From: a virus
Lineage: Duplodnaviria > Caudoviricetes
Length of the DNA: 58,747 nucleotides
Virus record (IMG/VR): IMGVR_UViG_3300048839_000819
Span: 1-58,747 of that record
Strand: one strand, 5' to 3'
Shown: positions 54,592-58,747 of the stretch, piece after piece
Numbering within the stretch: the first letter of the stretch is position 1
How the letters are laid out: each line of letters opens with the position of its first letter
Made by a program: the position numbers and the translations under genes
The notes under the pieces: model-generated
What the model was told of the DNA's origin: nothing
Database searches by the model: none
Seen by the model: the letters and a program-made list of their open reading frames with translations, nothing else

Positions 54592-54996
54592 TTATCTACA
54601 CAGCTTATTAAGCATATCATTTAGCATGTTAGTTGGTTTTAAAAGCGTTTCAACACACTCTGTCAGAGAAGCATCATCCATTCCTTCATCCTCTGATTCC
54701 AACAAATCTTCCAAAGAAAAAGCATTGGAAGATGGTTTTAGAAATTCAGAAGGTGTAGGGGGAACCTCTTCTTTTTTTGAAACACTTACAGATTCTGCTT
54801 TTAGTTTGTCTGAAAACTTGTTTTGTGGAACACTTTCTGACAAAATAGACTTTAATTCAAAAACCTCAGAATCGTGATTTGCCCACCTATTTTCAATAGA
54901 ACCCTCAGAAATAATCTCTTTTTTAACAACTTCTTTGCCTGTAATAGCTTTGCTGAGTTGCTGTGGAGAGGGTATTTCAAAATCATCTAATGGCAT
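54592..54996 (-). CDS. acidic head-region protein
   Basis: Operon context; LxE-S motifs. Confidence 0.65.
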   Translation of the reverse strand: MPLDDFEIPSPQQLSKAITGKEVVKKEIISEGSIENRWANHDSEVFELKSILSESVPQNKFSDKLKAESVSVSKKEEVPPTPSEFLKPSSNAFSLEDLLESEDEGMDDASLTECVETLLKPTNMLNDMLNKLCR

Positions 54997-54999
54997 TTA

Positions 55000-55236
55000 T
55001 TAGTCCTCTAAACTCTCTGCCAAAGTTTTCAAAAATCTAGATAGTTTAGCTCTATTGGAATCATCTTGATCCAACCAAGAACGAAGGTCCCCGGTTGACT
55101 CACATTTCAAATCACCAATATCACTCATATTGGACTCATCGAGTCCCACTATATTTATCATCAAAAGAGGCTTCTCAATAGTCTCTGCTATTTGAGAAGC
55201 ACAACTTTCAAAAGTATGTTTTAGTAACGACATCAC
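55000..55236 (-). CDS. hypothetical protein
   Basis: RBS AAGGA. Confidence 0.6.
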   Translation of the reverse strand: MMSLLKHTFESCASQIAETIEKPLLMINIVGLDESNMSDIGDLKCESTGDLRSWLDQDDSNRAKLSRFLKTLAESLED

Positions 55237-55245
55237 AGTTTTTCC

Positions 55246-55545
55246 TTATTCGATGGTTATAGGTGTATAAACGTAAAGTTTCGTTTTATCACCATGTACA
55301 GCATTAGACCCAGTAACAGCGGTTATGTATGCCTGTAATTCCCACTCACCGGCCTCATCAATATCACCAGATTGTACAATATATGTACAATAATAAGTGT
55401 TTTCCGCTACTGCTGACCACGTACCAGTAGACCCCGAAGGGGTCTTGTATTTTATATAAAGATTATACCCGCTTGTAACGTCAGTATTGACGTATAAGCG
55501 AAGTTTAATTCCAATATCACCAACAAATATTCGATTGAGGGCCAT
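55246..55545 (-). CDS. BppU N-terminal-like virion protein
   Basis: GDIG...KTPSG...W...GDIDEAGEWELQAYI. Confidence 0.65.
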   Translation of the reverse strand: MALNRIFVGDIGIKLRLYVNTDVTSGYNLYIKYKTPSGSTGTWSAVAENTYYCTYIVQSGDIDEAGEWELQAYITAVTGSNAVHGDKTKLYVYTPITIE

Positions 55546-55738
55546 AAGATGCCTTTGGTACTATGTCACTACTAAAAGAAAGCTCTGCTATAAATGTCGT
55601 CGCAGACGTTTCATTCCCTGAATCTGCTCCATATGTGGCACTATTTAGATTTATTGTTTTTATAACTGTAATAGTGGTGCTAGAAGCTTCCGGAAAAGAT
55701 GATCCAAACAATAAACTTCCAAAAAGACCAAAACTCAT
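55517..55738 (-). CDS. small virion-associated protein
   Basis: FGLFGSLLFG N-terminus typical of fibre-associated small proteins. Confidence 0.5.
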   Translation of the reverse strand: MSFGLFGSLLFGSSFPEASSTTITVIKTINLNSATYGADSGNETSATTFIAELSFSSDIVPKASYGPQSNICW

Positions 55739-55768
55739 ATTGCGCCTAGCACCACATTACAGAATTAC

Positions 55769-56140
55769 TTATTGAATAACTTCTACTGGCTCTTCGGCTT
55801 CCAAGCCGGTTTTAGAGCCATCGAGCATCTTGTAAACTTGCCCAAAAATAAGGGGCATTGCCGCGTATTGGCTCTCTTCGAGAGCTTTCTTCATTGTCTC
55901 AATATCACTTGAAACAACCTCAAGATCACCAACCTTTGGCTTTGACATCTTGACAGCAAGTTCAAATCTTTTCACTCTCTGCTCAGTTGTCATTTTAGCA
56001 GCCTGCTCTGTGGCAGTAACCAAAGAGGATTTAATAACATCCCCTAAAGTAACTACTACAGGCTCAGAGGTTGAGCTGTTACGCTCCTTAATCTCTGAAC
56101 CATCCAGGTTTCTTAAACTTTTTGAAAAATCAATTACCAT
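55769..56140 (-). CDS. conserved phage protein downstream of the tail fibre
   Basis: RBS GGAGG; LRNLDG...TLG...KRFELAVK. Confidence 0.7.
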   Translation of the reverse strand: MVIDFSKSLRNLDGSEIKERNSSTSEPVVVTLGDVIKSSLVTATEQAAKMTTEQRVKRFELAVKMSKPKVGDLEVVSSDIETMKKALEESQYAAMPLIFGQVYKMLDGSKTGLEAEEPVEVIQ

Positions 56141-56276
56141 AAAAAGCCTCCAAATTAAATAAAAAAATTAAGTAAATCTTTATCTCCTAACTATAGCATA
56201 ATTATATATTTATGCAACTAATTTTTTTATTTTTATTTTATTTACAATAAAAATATTATAAAACAAATGTTTATAT

Positions 56277-56540
56277 TTATTTTGGTGTGTATTCAACACC
56301 CACAACAGGAGATTTAGCACCAAGCTCATCTGCCCTAATCTGTATTGCATCTTTCAAATTGTTGTATGCAACGTCACAGATTTCCTCTTCTGTCATATCA
56401 GCGCAATCAGCGATTGCTACGTATGTATCCATTAAAAAAGGCTGATGCTGATCTACTTCTACTGAAAACCCAACCCAATATTGTGTAGGCTCATCATTGG
56501 GGTACAACTCAAATCTGTAAATCTTAATTTTGTTTATCAT
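56277..56540 (-). CDS. tail-fibre-associated small protein
   Basis: RBS AAGGAG; position. Confidence 0.6.
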   Translation of the reverse strand: MINKIKIYRFELYPNDEPTQYWVGFSVEVDQHQPFLMDTYVAIADCADMTEEEICDVAYNNLKDAIQIRADELGAKSPVVGVEYTPK

Positions 56541-56554
56541 ACTACTGTTTCTCC

Positions 56555-56899
56555 TTAGATGTCTCTTTTTGATGTTGATCTAGCTGAGGGCAGCAAAGAG
56601 TTATTCTCACCCCAACCATTTTGCTTAAAACCAATGTAAAACCCAATTTTACCAATAGAAACGGATAAAAATGGTCCTACGAAGAACGGCAACTTTGCCG
56701 TAAACCATATATTTCCTGGAGAGTACTTGTTTTTCCAGGCATCTTTTTTCCAGAATTTAGGCATGTCCCAGTGTACAGGACCATACATTAAAGATAGTCT
56801 AACACCATATCCAGGACTGATATTAGCCGTAGGCTTGGAATCATACCACAAACCACCAGGAAAGGTTCCTAAAGTTAAAGTTATTCCACCTGTTTTCAT
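56555..56899 (-). CDS. hypothetical aromatic-rich protein
   Basis: RBS AAGGTG. Confidence 0.6.
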   Translation of the reverse strand: MKTGGITLTLGTFPGGLWYDSKPTANISPGYGVRLSLMYGPVHWDMPKFWKKDAWKNKYSPGNIWFTAKLPFFVGPFLSVSIGKIGFYIGFKQNGWGENNSLLPSARSTSKRDI

Positions 56900-56912
56900 A
56901 GTCTACACCTTC

Positions 56913-58747
56913 TTATGCAGCATCAAAAATTCCCATAGAAACAAGAGCATTCACCACATCGGTAAATGCTGCCCAATTATTATACGACGCTTTAGCCTGT
57001 TGTTTGAGCTTAATTATTGCCCCACCCTCTTCTCTATGATGCAGACAGGCATTGCCTGCGGAATAATCAGCAGACCACATTTGAACCCCATCTGTGATTG
57101 ATGTGCTGGGGGCTGTGCCGTTTCCTAGGGCGAGGACTTTAGCTGCGGAGGTGCCGAAGGTAGAGGCATTGAATCCTATATTACCAGTCTCCAAACCTGC
57201 TGTTATAAAATTATAAGATATACCTAGTACGTCTGTAAGACCTGAAATTTGAAAAAGGCCATTGTCACTGAATAGGGATACATGCTTGACATTAGATCCA
57301 GCAGAGGTGTCCACTAAATCAAGAACACCTATGCCATTACCTTGAGAAACAATTCTAGATCCTGTAGTGGTAGAAGCAAGTTGCAAAGTTCTTTGAGCAA
57401 CACTGCTACCATTAATCACAGTAGGTGTTAAAGTACCTAAACCTACAGAGTCACTAAACACATGGCTAGTCCCATCTTCAGACCTGATATGAAGCCCTGC
57501 CTTGCCTGCGGTGCCACCGCGATCGGCAGAATATAAAACAACTCCATCTGTGATAGATCCTGTTGGTGATGTGCCCGTAGTTATAGAAAAAGAATTAGTA
57601 GCAGACGTAGGCTCAGTAACTCCTCCTCCTAAAAGTAGATTTCCTAGGTAAGTCAATACCATATTAGTTACTAATGTTTGGTCTACCCCATTAGGGGCTG
57701 TTTGCCATAAGAATCCTTGATGAGCACTAGCTACTTGGTCATAAAAACCAAAAATGCCTCCTTTTCTTTCAGCATTAGTCATTGTTGTTGGCACATAACT
57801 ATCAGCGGCTGTCATCGTTCCATTAAAAACTATTGCTCCACCGACTTGATCTTGAAATTGATGAAGACTTATAGCTCCATCCCCATTTTGAGTATTCTCA
57901 AAACGAGCAATAGGAATTGTATAATCCGCAGTTGCATATGTGGAATGAAACACACAAGAAGGAGTAGTCGTCCCAATCCCAACTCTATCACTAAACACAT
58001 GACTAGTCCCATCTTCAGACCTGATATGAAGCCCTGCCTTGCCTGCGGTGCCACCGCGATCGGCAGACCACATCTGAACTCCATCTGTAATTGAGGTGCT
58101 GGGGGCTGTACCATTAGGCATAGCTAAAACTTTGGCAGCGGAGGTTCCCACTGTTGCGGTAGATATCATCAAATTTGCACTACTGTCTATTTTGAGTACT
58201 TGGGTATCTGAAGATCCCATTTTAAATATAAATGACCCATTAGTCCAACTAGCAGCATCTCTGTAGTATTCCAAAGATCCCGCAACATCTAACACACCAG
58301 AATTGCTTTGATACCATTGTAACTGTCCAAAAGTTCCAGCACCCCCCAAGTCTCTACTAATCCGTATATCTGCTTCTGTGGAGCTATTTGACACTTCTAA
58401 CAGGGACGAAGCCCTTATTATACCAACAACATCCACGTTGGTTGCAGGAGTAGTAGTCCCTATCCCAACCCTGTCACTAAACACATGACTAGTCCCATCT
58501 TCAGACCTGATATGCAGCCCTGCCTTGCCTGCGGTGCCACCGCGATCGGCAGACCACATCTGAGTGGTATTTGCTGGGCTTGTGGATGGTGCTGTGCCGT
58601 TGCCTAGGGCGAGGACTTTGGCTGCGGAGGTGCCGAAGGTAGAGGCATTGAATCCTATATTACCAGTCTCCAAACCTGCTGTTATAAAATTATAAGATAT
58701 ACCTAGTACGTCTGTAAGACCTGAAATTTGAAAAAGGCCATTGTCAC
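56913..58747 (-). CDS. tail fibre protein, 5'-partial (frame stays open to the window edge)
   Basis: Repeated VGIGTTTP / GNIG fibre motifs; the 58673 start in the track is internal. Confidence 0.85.
   Translation of the reverse strand, partial: DNGLFQISGLTDVLGISYNFITAGLETGNIGFNASTFGTSAAKVLALGNGTAPSTSPANTTQMWSADRGGTAGKAGLHIRSEDGTSHVFSDRVGIGTTTPATNVDVVGIIRASSLLEVSNSSTEADIRISRDLGGAGTFGQLQWYQSNSGVLDVAGSLEYYRDAASWTNGSFIFKMGSSDTQVLKIDSSANLMISTATVGTSAAKVLAMPNGTAPSTSITDGVQMWSADRGGTAGKAGLHIRSEDGTSHVFSDRVGIGTTTPSCVFHSTYATADYTIPIARFENTQNGDGAISLHQFQDQVGGAIVFNGTMTAADSYVPTTMTNAERKGGIFGFYDQVASAHQGFLWQTAPNGVDQTLVTNMVLTYLGNLLLGGGVTEPTSATNSFSITTGTSPTGSITDGVVLYSADRGGTAGKAGLHIRSEDGTSHVFSDSVGLGTLTPTVINGSSVAQRTLQLASTTTGSRIVSQGNGIGVLDLVDTSAGSNVKHVSLFSDNGLFQISGLTDVLGISYNFITAGLETGNIGFNASTFGTSAAKVLALGNGTAPSTSITDGVQMWSADYSAGNACLHHREEGGAIIKLKQQAKASYNNWAAFTDVVNALVSMGIFDAA
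57112..58747. repeat. internal direct repeats in the fibre gene
   Basis: 57112-57268 = 58591-58747 (155/157 nt); three 80-nt copies at 57451-57530, 57988-58067, 58474-58553 (1-2 mismatches). Confidence 0.92.

Noticed and set aside
22880-56280. T4-type late promoters (TATAAATA) in the structural region
   Set aside because: Intergenic AT tracts fit sigma70-like elements or plain AT richness; I saw no consistent late motif
15379-58114. Numerous short plus-strand ORFs in the track opposite structural and glycosylation genes
   Set aside because: Antisense shadows of long, motif-bearing minus-strand genes; no RBS or family motifs
57451-58553. Fibre repeats as a CRISPR array or DGR template/variable repeat
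   Set aside because: Repeats are 80 nt, in-frame coding and ~500 nt apart; only 1-2 mismatches rather than dense adenine-specific variation; no cas or reverse transcriptase gene in the window
1-58747. Alternative genetic code (TGA or TAG reassigned), prompted by the TGA breaks at 7759 and 10174
   Set aside because: Many genes end in TGA with ATGA start overlaps (54-57, 5018-5021, 11779-11782, 15544-15547, 17125-17128), long genes are intact under code 11, and no suppressor tRNA is seen

Overview
An AT-rich fragment of a large T4-like (Tevenvirinae-type morphogenesis module, contractile-tailed) bacteriophage genome using the standard genetic code. Layout: (1) 1-2.3 kb: leftward genes (RlmN/Cfr-like radical SAM enzyme, HNH nuclease). 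(2) 2.3-3.3 kb: a non-coding strand-switch region holding a sigma70 promoter, a terminator/antiterminator leader, a ~285-nt highly structured element and two GTA-triloop hairpins on opposite strands, which together suggest an RNA-controlled origin. (3) 3.3-14.9 kb: rightward early/middle genes (RNA ligase, nucleotidyltransferase with an in-frame TGA, MazG-like pyrophosphatase, tRNA-Leu(UAA), a frame-broken metallophosphoesterase behind a 12-bp hairpin, ThyX, two DUF5664-like hydrolases, HAD nucleotidase). (4) 15-23.7 kb: a leftward 12-gene glycosylation island (several glycosyltransferases, GMD-like dehydratase, two methyltransferases, an apparently catalytically dead NeuB, and a Maf/DUF115-like gene overlapping the last tail gene). 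(5) 23.7-58.7 kb: leftward baseplate, tail, neck, head and fibre genes. Main results: the major capsid protein is split by two ORF-less group I introns whose splice sites can be fixed from P1/P10 pairing (spliced product 510 aa); a probable +1 frameshift at CCC_UUU_CGA precedes the tape measure gene; an Acb1-like 2H phosphodiesterase is embedded in an acidic head-module polyprotein; the prohead protease is fused to a scaffold-like tail; and the tail fibre is built from near-identical DNA repeats. All family assignments come from motif recognition by eye, not database searches.
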